64,000 nt of DNA from a virus: positions 113,949 through 177,948 of IMG/VR virus record IMGVR_UViG_3300002026_002465; one strand, given 5' to 3'. Numbering within the stretch: the stretch's first letter is position 1; every line of letters begins with the position of its first letter. Below, piece by piece: positions 41,750-50,082 of the stretch. The notes beneath the pieces were generated by a model that was not told the DNA's origin, did not search any database, and was given only the letters and a program-made list of their open reading frames with translations. The translations under genes were made by a program, and so were the position numbers.

Positions 41750-41772
41750 AGATCAAGATTATATAGTATAAT
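41745..41772 (+). promoter_or_regulatory. sigma70-like promoter TTTAGA-N16-TATAAT
   Basis: Same -35/-10 pair recurs at 42643, 46651 and 58978. Confidence 0.65.
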
Positions 41773-41791
41773 AACTTCATGTGGAGGACAC

Positions 41792-42415
41792 ATGAACTTA
41801 AATCGCAGAGAATATAAGTCTCAATCCTTTGTAAATCGTATCCAATTAAACCTCGCCAATGTTTCAGCCAATCCTGGTGATGAATTTACTCTTATAAATG
41901 CTTACTATGATCCTGCAATGTTTGATTGTGAACTTTGTGGACATAAGGGGTGTATGTTTGCCTTTGAAATTCAGAATACAGAAACAAAAAAAACCATTAA
42001 ATTAGGTTCAGAATGTGTTCATCATTTTAAAGATCGCGGCGTAAACATTGACCTCGCCGAGGCTCTAATGAAACGAGTCATGTCTGCAACAAATAAATCA
42101 AGGCGAGAGTTGGTTGAAAAGCTTGGAGATGAAGCTTGGAAAAATCTATCTGAAGAAGAAAGAAAAGAAATAGGCTGGAAAAGATTTGAATGGAAGAAAG
42201 AAGCTGGTAAAAAGGCATACAAAAGTCTTGATAAAGAAGAAAAACGAGTTCTTGTTGTAAATGAATTTATGATTATTCAGGCAAAAGAACTTTTAACTCA
42301 GGTTGCTTATAATAAGCATTATTTGACTGAAGAAGAAATATCTAAAATTATAAGCCTTGGTCTTGAAAAAGAGATAGAAAAAGCTAAGATTTTTTCCAAA
42401 ACTTACTATAAATAA
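41792..42415 (+). CDS. Hypothetical protein with Zn-finger-like motif
   Basis: CELCGH...LGSECVHH; SD GGAGG. Confidence 0.65.
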   Translation: MNLNRREYKSQSFVNRIQLNLANVSANPGDEFTLINAYYDPAMFDCELCGHKGCMFAFEIQNTETKKTIKLGSECVHHFKDRGVNIDLAEALMKRVMSATNKSRRELVEKLGDEAWKNLSEEERKEIGWKRFEWKKEAGKKAYKSLDKEEKRVLVVNEFMIIQAKELLTQVAYNKHYLTEEEISKIISLGLEKEIEKAKIFSKTYYK

Positions 42416-42461
42416 CAGTCAAATATACAAGATATATTAGTTAAACTAATATGGAGTGTAT

Positions 42462-42638
42462 ATGACTTTTATAGAATTCTTGGAGTCTGAGGGGAAAATA
42501 AATCATAATCAATTTGATGAGGTATCAAAGCTGATTCAAAAAAACAACGAAAAGCCTGGGCAGATTCTTTTGAAGAAAAATATTCTTCAAAAGAATGATT
42601 TATTAGAACAACTCAAAGTATTTGTAGAACAAAGATAA
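42462..42638 (+). CDS. Degenerate MshEN-like micro-protein
   Basis: FIEFLESEGKINHNQF...LIQ...KPGQILLKKNILQKNDL; SD GGAG. Confidence 0.5.
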   Translation: MTFIEFLESEGKINHNQFDEVSKLIQKNNEKPGQILLKKNILQKNDLLEQLKVFVEQR

Positions 42639-42642
42639 ATAC

Positions 42643-42671
42643 TTTAGACCAAAGCCAAAAAAGGATATAAT
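42643..42671 (+). promoter_or_regulatory. sigma70-like promoter TTTAGA-N17-TATAAT, leaderless start
   Basis: ATG 42678 lies 6 nt after the -10 box with no SD. Confidence 0.6.
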
Positions 42672-42677
42672 ATATCT

Positions 42678-43250
42678 ATGGCATTAAAATTTAATATTGA
42701 GAAATTCATTTTCATTATGAAAAGCAACTCTTTGTGGGGTGTTTTTTTAAGTAATACTACTACAAATTCAGTTCCGGCGTGTATAGCATTACACACTTAT
42801 CTAAAATTATTAGATCTATTTAATAGTGATTTAATATCAGAGTCTGATTTTACAAAAATACCAAATATAAAATTAATTAGAGATTGTTCTCGTCAAGACA
42901 TATATGATGAAAATGATCATATCATAGATAATGATGTAATGAGTCTAAAACTTGCAAAAGAGTTACTTGAGGCTCTAGTTAGTCTTGGGTTTATTAATGA
43001 AAAAGAAACTCACAACCCTGAAAACACATGTCATACCCATCTTTCATGTTGTAGTTACCATATTAGTGATACAGGAGTATTATTATATAAAGAAATAGAT
43101 GAATGTTTTTCAGGCGTTGATAGTGAAGTTATTATCTTAAAGATACTATTACTTTTACCTTCGTGCAAGTTATTTAGTAAAGGAATTTATCAATCTGAAT
43201 TTGCAAAAGTATATTTAGATTTTTTATATTATGGAGGCAAACATGTCTGA
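42678..43250 (+). CDS. Hypothetical protein (Cys/His patch)
   Basis: 190-aa ORF; TCHTHLSCCSYH. Confidence 0.55.
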   Translation: MALKFNIEKFIFIMKSNSLWGVFLSNTTTNSVPACIALHTYLKLLDLFNSDLISESDFTKIPNIKLIRDCSRQDIYDENDHIIDNDVMSLKLAKELLEALVSLGFINEKETHNPENTCHTHLSCCSYHISDTGVLLYKEIDECFSGVDSEVIILKILLLLPSCKLFSKGIYQSEFAKVYLDFLYYGGKHV

Positions 43251-43914
43251 GCTCAACGATTTATATGAAAGCATCAGGCCTCAAATTGAACAGAAATATG
43301 AAACATTTCAAACTGTTTGGGGTCTAGGTGATGCTGAAATTTTTCCTGAATTAGTTTTTTGTTTATGCACTCCACAAACAAATGCTAAACATGGTTGGAA
43401 AGCTGCTCAAGCGCTTATTGAATCAGGGCTTTTATATGAACCAATAAACGGTGTTATAGAAGAACAACAGCGACTCATCCAAGTAGGAGAAATTTTATCT
43501 AAAGCAGGAGTTAGATTTAAAAAGAATAAGGCAAAATATATTGTTCAAGCTATTCAACGTTTTAATAATGGAAATGCCTTTAAAATATTTTTGACAAATC
43601 TTATTAAAAAAAGTAATAATATGAGAGATGTTAGAAATTGGTTGGCTGAAAATGTTTATGGTATGGGTATGAAAGAAGCTAGTCATTTTCTTAGAAATGT
43701 TGGGCAGGGTGATGAAGTATGTATTCTTGATAGGCATATATTAAGAAACCTTGTTGAGAATGGTGTTATTGAAAAAATACCACAACATTTAAATAAAAAA
43801 ACATATCTTGAAATAGAAACTGAAATGATAAAGTTTTCAAAGGAAGTTGATATTCCTTTATTCGCTCTTGACTTTGTATTTTGGTATAATGCAAAAGGTG
43901 AACTTTTTAAATAA
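43243..43914 (+). CDS. ogg: 8-oxoguanine DNA glycosylase / N-glycosylase-DNA lyase (OGG2/archaeal-Thermotoga type, HhH)
   Basis: ELVFCLCTPQT, GVRF, VYGMGMKEASHFLRNVG...ILDRHILR, YLEIE, LDFVFW; catalytic Lys and Asp present. Confidence 0.85.
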   Translation: MSELNDLYESIRPQIEQKYETFQTVWGLGDAEIFPELVFCLCTPQTNAKHGWKAAQALIESGLLYEPINGVIEEQQRLIQVGEILSKAGVRFKKNKAKYIVQAIQRFNNGNAFKIFLTNLIKKSNNMRDVRNWLAENVYGMGMKEASHFLRNVGQGDEVCILDRHILRNLVENGVIEKIPQHLNKKTYLEIETEMIKFSKEVDIPLFALDFVFWYNAKGELFK

Positions 43915-43924
43915 GGAAGTTGTG

Positions 43925-44944
43925 ATGGATTTGAATTTGGTGTTTGAGAAAGAAATTGAAAAAAGAATGGGTGAATATAGAGTCAAGAATGAAGAGTTAA
44001 CACTCACCATTAATAATTTGACCCAAGAAGTAAAAAGACTCAAAAGTTTAGAAAATTGTAATTTGTCAAATGAGGCTAGGAAATTAGTTACAATTCATAC
44101 TATAAAAAATTTAATTTCTTTTGAGCCAACATTTAGTGGATATATTGAAAACAAAGAAGCTCAAGGTATGAGAGAATCTCCTGAATGGTTTAATTATTTA
44201 ATTGAATATTGGAATGATAGAAACTCTCTCCTTGATTTCTTTAATTTTTTTGGTATTGAATTTTCTCCATGGGCGAGAACTATGAAAATGCCTCATGAAT
44301 GGAATGAAGAAGAGTTGATACTTTTTTTAAAGAATATAGAAATACAATATGTTTGTAATGGTGATTTGTTTGAAAAAAATTTAGGATGGTGGTATAAAGA
44401 ACAAGCACATCTTAAAGATGCCTTTTCAAACCCCAAGAATATGATTACACATAGGTCATATACTGAGATTCCATGGCAGTTTGTTTTTGAAAACCCACTA
44501 TGGACAAGTGATGTTGTTTTTGATGAACTTGTAAAAACAATTGAAAGTGGAAAACAACATTTTATTTCTTTATTAAGGATTGTTAATTATCATAAATTTG
44601 ATGAGGTTAAAATCAAAAAACTTGTCAAGGCTTGTGTTGTTATTAATAAAAAAGTAGGGTATAGTGAAGTAAGAAATTTCATTTCACGTAATATACCAAG
44701 TATTCAGATTAATAAAAGTGAAAAAGATTTACTTGAATATTTAACATGTGAACCTCCTAATGCTAATTCTTGTTCAATTGTTCATGAATTTTATATTGAA
44801 AAGATTGCTGATTTTGTTGCAAAAATTTCTTATATTGAAAAATGTAATAAACTAACTAAAATAGAAAAGGCTAATCTTGTTAAAAAATATGTTCTTGAAA
44901 AATACAGCAATGTAATTGTTGCAAAGGAATTGTTAGAAGAGTAA
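43925..44944 (+). CDS. Hypothetical protein (C-terminal AKELL)
   Basis: Start after SD AAGGA; N-terminal coiled coil. Confidence 0.6.
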   Translation: MDLNLVFEKEIEKRMGEYRVKNEELTLTINNLTQEVKRLKSLENCNLSNEARKLVTIHTIKNLISFEPTFSGYIENKEAQGMRESPEWFNYLIEYWNDRNSLLDFFNFFGIEFSPWARTMKMPHEWNEEELILFLKNIEIQYVCNGDLFEKNLGWWYKEQAHLKDAFSNPKNMITHRSYTEIPWQFVFENPLWTSDVVFDELVKTIESGKQHFISLLRIVNYHKFDEVKIKKLVKACVVINKKVGYSEVRNFISRNIPSIQINKSEKDLLEYLTCEPPNANSCSIVHEFYIEKIADFVAKISYIEKCNKLTKIEKANLVKKYVLEKYSNVIVAKELLEE

Positions 44945-44967
44945 ATTTACAGAGGAGAGTTGTTTAA

Positions 44968-45159
44968 ATGGATATTCTTAAATTTATGTTTAGTAATTTT
45001 TGGGTTTTTATTGGTTTTATTATATTGATAGAAGCTATAACGTCATTTATAGTTAACTTTATTAAAGCTTTTATTCCTGATACTCATTATCATATTGATG
45101 GAACGAAAGTTGATATTGATGAATTTATCAAATGGAAAGAGGTAAAAGATGATAAATAG
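44968..45159 (+). CDS. Small membrane protein
   Basis: Hydrophobic FWVFIGFIILIEAITSFIVNFI; SD GAGGAG. Confidence 0.55.
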   Translation: MDILKFMFSNFWVFIGFIILIEAITSFIVNFIKAFIPDTHYHIDGTKVDIDEFIKWKEVKDDK

Positions 45160-45340
45160 ATTCCAAACAAAGTTCATGAGTGAAGTAGCTAAACTGGGTC
45201 TTGAACATGGATTTTTAATTACAGAAGATGGATATATTGAACCAATTCTTGATTGGTTTGATAGCAATCAAGTATTTCATTATACCTTGAAAGAAGATGC
45301 TATTGGTGTAAAAATAAATGGAGTGGAGTCAGGTGTTTAA
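45149..45340 (+). CDS. Hypothetical protein
   Basis: 63-aa coupled ORF, SD GAGG. Confidence 0.5.
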   Translation: MINRFQTKFMSEVAKLGLEHGFLITEDGYIEPILDWFDSNQVFHYTLKEDAIGVKINGVESGV

Positions 45341-45713
45341 TAAAGATGATTTATTTCTTATTTGTGATGATGGTTTTGATTTTTCTTATAAAGAAAGAAC
45401 AAGTAGTTTTACATCTGTAGTTCATAAAACAAATTTCCTCCCTGATAATTATCTCAAATATATGGAAATAACAGATGTTATAAAATATAAAACTAAAAGA
45501 ACATACAAATGTCATTTCTTTATGGAAAATAAATCTGTTACTAATGGATTGTGGGGCATTAATAGTGAAGATGATTATCCAGATTATAACAAAGGTTTAT
45601 ACAAAACATTATCTGATAAAATAATCAAATCAAAAATAGAAAATAAGATTATTACACCTTGTAAATGGAGTGATTTAGCAAAGGAAGAACTGGTAAAAGA
45701 AAATGATACCTAA
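45318..45713 (+). CDS. Hypothetical protein (C-terminal AKEEL)
   Basis: 131-aa ORF; exact start uncertain. Confidence 0.5.
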   Translation: MEWSQVFNKDDLFLICDDGFDFSYKERTSSFTSVVHKTNFLPDNYLKYMEITDVIKYKTKRTYKCHFFMENKSVTNGLWGINSEDDYPDYNKGLYKTLSDKIIKSKIENKIITPCKWSDLAKEELVKENDT

Positions 45714-45993
45714 GGCTAAAACAATTATTGTCTATAAATCAAAATATTTTCGTATCGGGCAAAAAGTACAACCATCTTGTTTTGTATTCTTGAAGACAAG
45801 AAAAAAGACTCCAAAGTCTTATGAATATCAAGCAGAGTTTTGGGACTGGAATTATGAATTTAATAAAAGTGAAAGAACTATATCTCTTTTTTTTATAAAA
45901 TCTCTTTTCCAACACCGTGAAGCTAAATATTTTGATGGTAGTGTAGAAGACTTTGATGCTTATATAGCTAAAGAGTTGTTATTAAATGAATGA
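45703..45993 (+). CDS. Hypothetical protein (C-terminal AKELL)
   Basis: 96-aa ORF. Confidence 0.55.
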   Translation: MIPKAKTIIVYKSKYFRIGQKVQPSCFVFLKTRKKTPKSYEYQAEFWDWNYEFNKSERTISLFFIKSLFQHREAKYFDGSVEDFDAYIAKELLLNE

Positions 45994-46053
45994 ATTTTGC
46001 ATAGTTTAATAATGAAAAACAATTTTTATGCTCATTAGATAAGGAGATATCTA

Positions 46054-46650
46054 ATGAAATACTATTATGATAATGTTGAATATGAAGACTGGTGGAGTTT
46101 AATAGAAAAATGTTATTATCATGGAACTAGTTTAATAGCTCATAATGAAAATGATATTCTTTCAGTTTATAACCGTGGAAGATTTAAGCTCGTTCCATCA
46201 AAATTAACTTATGAAGAAGAGATTGTTGAAAAGGTAAAAAATCTTTTATTAGGGAATCAGACTCTTTATAGCCTTAGAAAAAGAGATGTTTTTAAAAGAT
46301 ATAAACAGGTTTTTGATGAGAATGGTCAAGTTGTAAATCTTGCTGAGATTTATCAAGCAATCGCCGATTTTAATCCTGATATTAAAAGATGTAAAAAAAC
46401 TGTTCATTTCTATGGCAATGAATATAGAAGAGAGCCCTGTCCATGGAGAGGAAAACGCCATCATTGTTCAATAAGAGGAAAATTAAACTTAAATTATTAT
46501 TTAGATGCCACAAGTCATTATAGTGATTTTAGGATAAAAAAGCAACTTTCTGCAAGAATGGACCCTAAGTGGAAGTATGATTATTCAGACAATCATGATT
46601 TTTCATGGAAAAGGCAGACAAAAAAGAGAAAACAATGGCTAAAACAATAG
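46054..46650 (+). CDS. Hypothetical basic protein
   Basis: SD AAGGAG; C-terminal SWKRQTKKRKQW. Confidence 0.6.
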   Translation: MKYYYDNVEYEDWWSLIEKCYYHGTSLIAHNENDILSVYNRGRFKLVPSKLTYEEEIVEKVKNLLLGNQTLYSLRKRDVFKRYKQVFDENGQVVNLAEIYQAIADFNPDIKRCKKTVHFYGNEYRREPCPWRGKRHHCSIRGKLNLNYYLDATSHYSDFRIKKQLSARMDPKWKYDYSDNHDFSWKRQTKKRKQWLKQ

Positions 46651-46679
46651 TTTAGAGAACTGATAGAGAGGTGTATAAT
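46651..46679 (+). promoter_or_regulatory. sigma70-like promoter TTTAGA-N17-TATAAT
   Basis: ATG 46686 lies 6 nt after the -10 box. Confidence 0.6.
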
Positions 46680-46685
46680 ATGGAT

Positions 46686-48404
46686 ATGACTAATAAATGG
46701 AATACTTTAAAGCATAACGGACCGGTTTTCCCGCCTGAATATACATTCAAAGGTTTGAATGTTATAGTTGGTGGAGCAAAATCTAAACTCTCTCCTGATG
46801 CAGAAGAGCTTGTTTATGCATGGGCTCAAAAGCATGCAACTCCTTATGTTAAAGATTCTGTTTTCCAGAAAAACTTCTGGTCATGTCTTAAACCCCTCCT
46901 TGACACTTCTCTCCAAGCAACTAAATTCCCTGCAGATTGGGATTTTAGTGAGTTTGTTGTTGAAATTGAAAACCTCAAAGAATCTAAAAAGGCTAAAACC
47001 TCTGCAGAGAAAAAGGCAGAGAAAGAAAAATCAGAAGCAAGAAAAGCTATCTATGGTTTTGCAGAACTTGATGGTGAAAAAACACCCCTTGGTAATTACA
47101 TGGTCGAGCCTCCAGGGCTTTTTATGGGGCGTGGAAAGCACCCCAAAAGAGGTTTTTGGAAGGCTCGCATTGCTCCTGAAGATATCATAATCAATCATTC
47201 TCTTTCTCTCAACCCTCCTTCTCCTCCTGCTGGACATAAATGGAAGGCTGTTGAAGAAAATAAAAACTCTCTCTTTACTGTTGGATGGAATTGCAAACTC
47301 ACGGGCAAATTTAAGCCTGTTCTTTTCTCTGCCATCTCTTCTGTTTCTCATAAATCAGCAATGAAAAAATTTACCAAAGCCATTGAACTTGCAAATAACT
47401 TTGATAAGGTAAATGCTTATATTGAAAAGAAACTTTCATCTCGTGATAAATCTACCAGAAAAGAAGCAACTGTTTGTGAGCTTATATCAAAAATGTCTAT
47501 TCGTGTTGGTGATGAAAAGGGTGAAGATGAGGCTGATACTGTCGGTGCCACCACTCTTCGAGTTGAACATGTTAAAATAGATAATACCTCAGTCATCTTT
47601 GATTTCCTTGGAAAGGACAGTGTTCGCTATTACAATAAAGTTGATAACCTCGACATCAATGCAATTCGTAATATTCAGGAATTTATGACTGGCAAGAAAG
47701 CAAGTGAAGAAATTTTTGATGGTATTACAAGCCATGATGTCAATCTTTTCCTTGATGGTATTATTGATGGTCTTACTGCAAAACAGTTCAGAACAGCTAC
47801 TGGTTCAACTTTACTTGCCAAGGCTCTTCAGAATCAGACAATTGACCCTTCTCTTTCTGAAAGAAAAAAGCTTGAATATTATACTAATGCTAATCTTGAA
47901 GTTGCTATAAAGTTGAATCATCAGACTGCAGTTTCAGAAGCCTATGAAAACTCTATCAAAAATATGAAGGATAAACTTGACCTTTACAAAAAAGAATATG
48001 CTTCTAAAAACAAGGATATCAAAAAAGAAATTGATACTCTTAAAGATGAAATGGAAAAAAGAGTTGAATTTGCTAAAGAAAACTATACTGGTGAAAAACA
48101 AAAGAATAGTATTCAGCGTGCTAAAGAAAACTTTAAAAAGAAGCAGGATACTTTGAATAAGCGAGTTGCAACTCTTTCCTCCCATATTGAAGATCTTGAA
48201 TCTAAAATTGATATGAAGAAAAAGACTAGGGGTATTGCTCTTGGAACGAGTAAGTTGAATTATTCAGACCCAAGAATTGGTATCAGCTGGTGCAAGGATA
48301 ATGGTGTTGATATTAAGAGGCTTTACACTCCAGCCCTTCAGGCAAGATTTGCTTGGGCAGTTGAAGTTAAAGATAATTTCTATAAAAAATACCCAATTGT
48401 ATGA
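46686..48404 (+). CDS. top1: DNA topoisomerase IB, long eukaryote/archaeal type
   Basis: KWNTLKHNGPVFPP, EPPGLFMGRGKHPKRG, IRVGDEK, FDFLGKDSVRY, AKQFRT, LNHQ, coiled-coil linker, LGTSKLNYSDPRI; full R-K-R-H-Y catalytic set. Confidence 0.92.
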   Translation: MTNKWNTLKHNGPVFPPEYTFKGLNVIVGGAKSKLSPDAEELVYAWAQKHATPYVKDSVFQKNFWSCLKPLLDTSLQATKFPADWDFSEFVVEIENLKESKKAKTSAEKKAEKEKSEARKAIYGFAELDGEKTPLGNYMVEPPGLFMGRGKHPKRGFWKARIAPEDIIINHSLSLNPPSPPAGHKWKAVEENKNSLFTVGWNCKLTGKFKPVLFSAISSVSHKSAMKKFTKAIELANNFDKVNAYIEKKLSSRDKSTRKEATVCELISKMSIRVGDEKGEDEADTVGATTLRVEHVKIDNTSVIFDFLGKDSVRYYNKVDNLDINAIRNIQEFMTGKKASEEIFDGITSHDVNLFLDGIIDGLTAKQFRTATGSTLLAKALQNQTIDPSLSERKKLEYYTNANLEVAIKLNHQTAVSEAYENSIKNMKDKLDLYKKEYASKNKDIKKEIDTLKDEMEKRVEFAKENYTGEKQKNSIQRAKENFKKKQDTLNKRVATLSSHIEDLESKIDMKKKTRGIALGTSKLNYSDPRIGISWCKDNGVDIKRLYTPALQARFAWAVEVKDNFYKKYPIV

Positions 48405-48667
48405 CACCTGAAATTAAAGTTGGAGATATTTTTTCATATAGAAATCAACCAAAGTGGGTTATATATGATGAGATATTTTTCATTGTTCTTGATGTTAATA
48501 TTGATGTTTATAGATCAAGAATTGTTATGAGAAATAAACAAAAATTAAATATTGGTGAAATAGCAGAGATAAGATTGTCTGATCAAGATATTGATCATAT
48601 TAGTTTTGATCCTTATATTATTACTGATCAAGCCTTGAAGGCTAAAATACTTTTATTATTGGAGTGA
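48401..48667 (+). CDS. Hypothetical protein (C-terminal AKILL)
   Basis: 88-aa coupled ORF. Confidence 0.55.
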   Translation: MTPEIKVGDIFSYRNQPKWVIYDEIFFIVLDVNIDVYRSRIVMRNKQKLNIGEIAEIRLSDQDIDHISFDPYIITDQALKAKILLLLE

Positions 48668-48939
48668 TTATGATTGGAAAACTATTTCAGGTAACTATTC
48701 CACCTGCTGTGTTTGATGGTGCTGATATGATAAGAGTTATTGATGCTAAAAATTATGCTCCTAAAGAAGGAGAGAAAAACGATTTATTTCTTGTATGTCG
48801 TGTTAGTAAAGATGGACAGTTCGTAAATGAGCAGGATATAAAGATGGATGATTTTTGTGATCTATTAACTGGTGGGATATTGATAAGGCCAGAACCTCAT
48901 ATTGAGGCAAAGATATTATTGACTGGAAACAAGGTGTAA
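48664..48939 (+). CDS. Hypothetical protein (C-terminal AKILL)
   Basis: 91-aa coupled ORF. Confidence 0.55.
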   Translation: MIMIGKLFQVTIPPAVFDGADMIRVIDAKNYAPKEGEKNDLFLVCRVSKDGQFVNEQDIKMDDFCDLLTGGILIRPEPHIEAKILLTGNKV

Positions 48940-48940
48940 A

Positions 48941-49318
48941 ATGTCAAGCTCTTTTAGTGGTGAAGCAAGAAGGTGTTATATCTGTGGTGAGTTATTAAAA
49001 ACAGATGATAGAGCTTTCATGCTTCAAGGTGCTAAAATTAAATATGGTGAAGATCCTATTTATGTATGGAAATCAGGAGGTTCAAATTTTATTTCACATG
49101 CTGGTTGCCAACAAGAAATATTGTGGAAACAATTTAATAATAATTTAACCTTAGAAAAGGAATACTATCCATTTATTCGGCTTTCTTGGAAAGATAATAA
49201 AAGACGATGGAGACTTGGAAACAAGTATCTTAAAGAAAATTGTAGTCAGGAGGAATTAGATAACTTAGTTGCTGTTCTTGCAAAGGATTTATTAAACGAT
49301 AAAATAACGGGGTTTTAA
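48941..49318 (+). CDS. Hypothetical protein with CxxC (C-terminal AKDLL)
   Basis: RCYICG...H.GC. Confidence 0.55.
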   Translation: MSSSFSGEARRCYICGELLKTDDRAFMLQGAKIKYGEDPIYVWKSGGSNFISHAGCQQEILWKQFNNNLTLEKEYYPFIRLSWKDNKRRWRLGNKYLKENCSQEELDNLVAVLAKDLLNDKITGF

Positions 49319-49648
49319 ATGTTTGGATTTAAAAAGGAGAAAAAGATGACATCTTTTGATGAAAAATTTGTTGAAAATAACAAAAATGCTCTAATGGAAG
49401 AAATGGCTGAAAAAATCAACAGTATTAACGAGCTATTAAGTGCTATTATTCAAGCAGGTCCAACAGAAAATCCTGTTCATGAATTATCTATTATGAAAAA
49501 TGTAACAATTGCAATTGCTCAGCATGTTGGAGCTTTGACAAGTTGTTTTAATCAATATACTATTTTTGAAACTGGTAGAGTTCCAAAAGAGAGGTTAATT
49601 GGTTTTAAGGCAATGATAGATAATGATGATGATGAAAAAGAAAAGTAA
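49319..49648 (+). CDS. Hypothetical protein
   Basis: 109-aa ORF. Confidence 0.55.
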   Translation: MFGFKKEKKMTSFDEKFVENNKNALMEEMAEKINSINELLSAIIQAGPTENPVHELSIMKNVTIAIAQHVGALTSCFNQYTIFETGRVPKERLIGFKAMIDNDDDEKEK

Positions 49649-49662
49649 TAATTACTATAGTT

Positions 49663-49701
49663 AAAAAAAGAGAAGGGCTTTACGCTCTTCTCTTTTTTTT
49701 T
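49663..49701. terminator. Bidirectional intrinsic terminator
   Basis: A7-GAGAAGGGC-TTTAC-GCTCTTCTC-T run. Confidence 0.8.
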
Positions 49702-49715
49702 CACAAGATAACTAC

Positions 49716-50015
49716 ATGGCGTATTTTAATATTGGAGAAATATATGTTTCTGGTGTAAATAGACTTAAAAGTGGCGATTCGTCACAAAGATTAAAAGATG
49801 ATTGGTTACAAATAATAAAAATAAAAGAAATAGATGGAAAGCTTATTTACTTGGATGTTATTGCAACACATCCAAGCTCAGAACTTAAAACTGATAAAAC
49901 ATATAATACAATGTATGAGACACCAGCAAATATAGAATTTTTTAAAAAAATAACAGACCCTGAGTTGTTAAAAGCGACAAGAGATATAATAATAACAGTT
50001 TTTAATAAAGATTGA
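49716..50015 (+). CDS. Hypothetical protein (apparently leaderless)
   Basis: CAAGAT-N6-ATG directly after the terminator, no SD. Confidence 0.55.
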   Translation: MAYFNIGEIYVSGVNRLKSGDSSQRLKDDWLQIIKIKEIDGKLIYLDVIATHPSSELKTDKTYNTMYETPANIEFFKKITDPELLKATRDIIITVFNKD

Positions 50016-50082
50016 AATAATCTATATTTTTATGAAATAAAGATAAAGATAAATGTATAACCCTTGACAGGAGTAATTAATA

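Noticed and set aside
43847-43924. Hydrophobic N-terminal extension of ORF 43847
   Set aside because: It overlaps the ogg 3' end; the SD and GTG/ATG at 43922-43927 give a better start
47940-48230. Intein or insertion in the topoisomerase
   Set aside because: The segment is a Lys/Glu-rich coiled coil at the position of the Top1 linker, with no intein C/S...HN motifs
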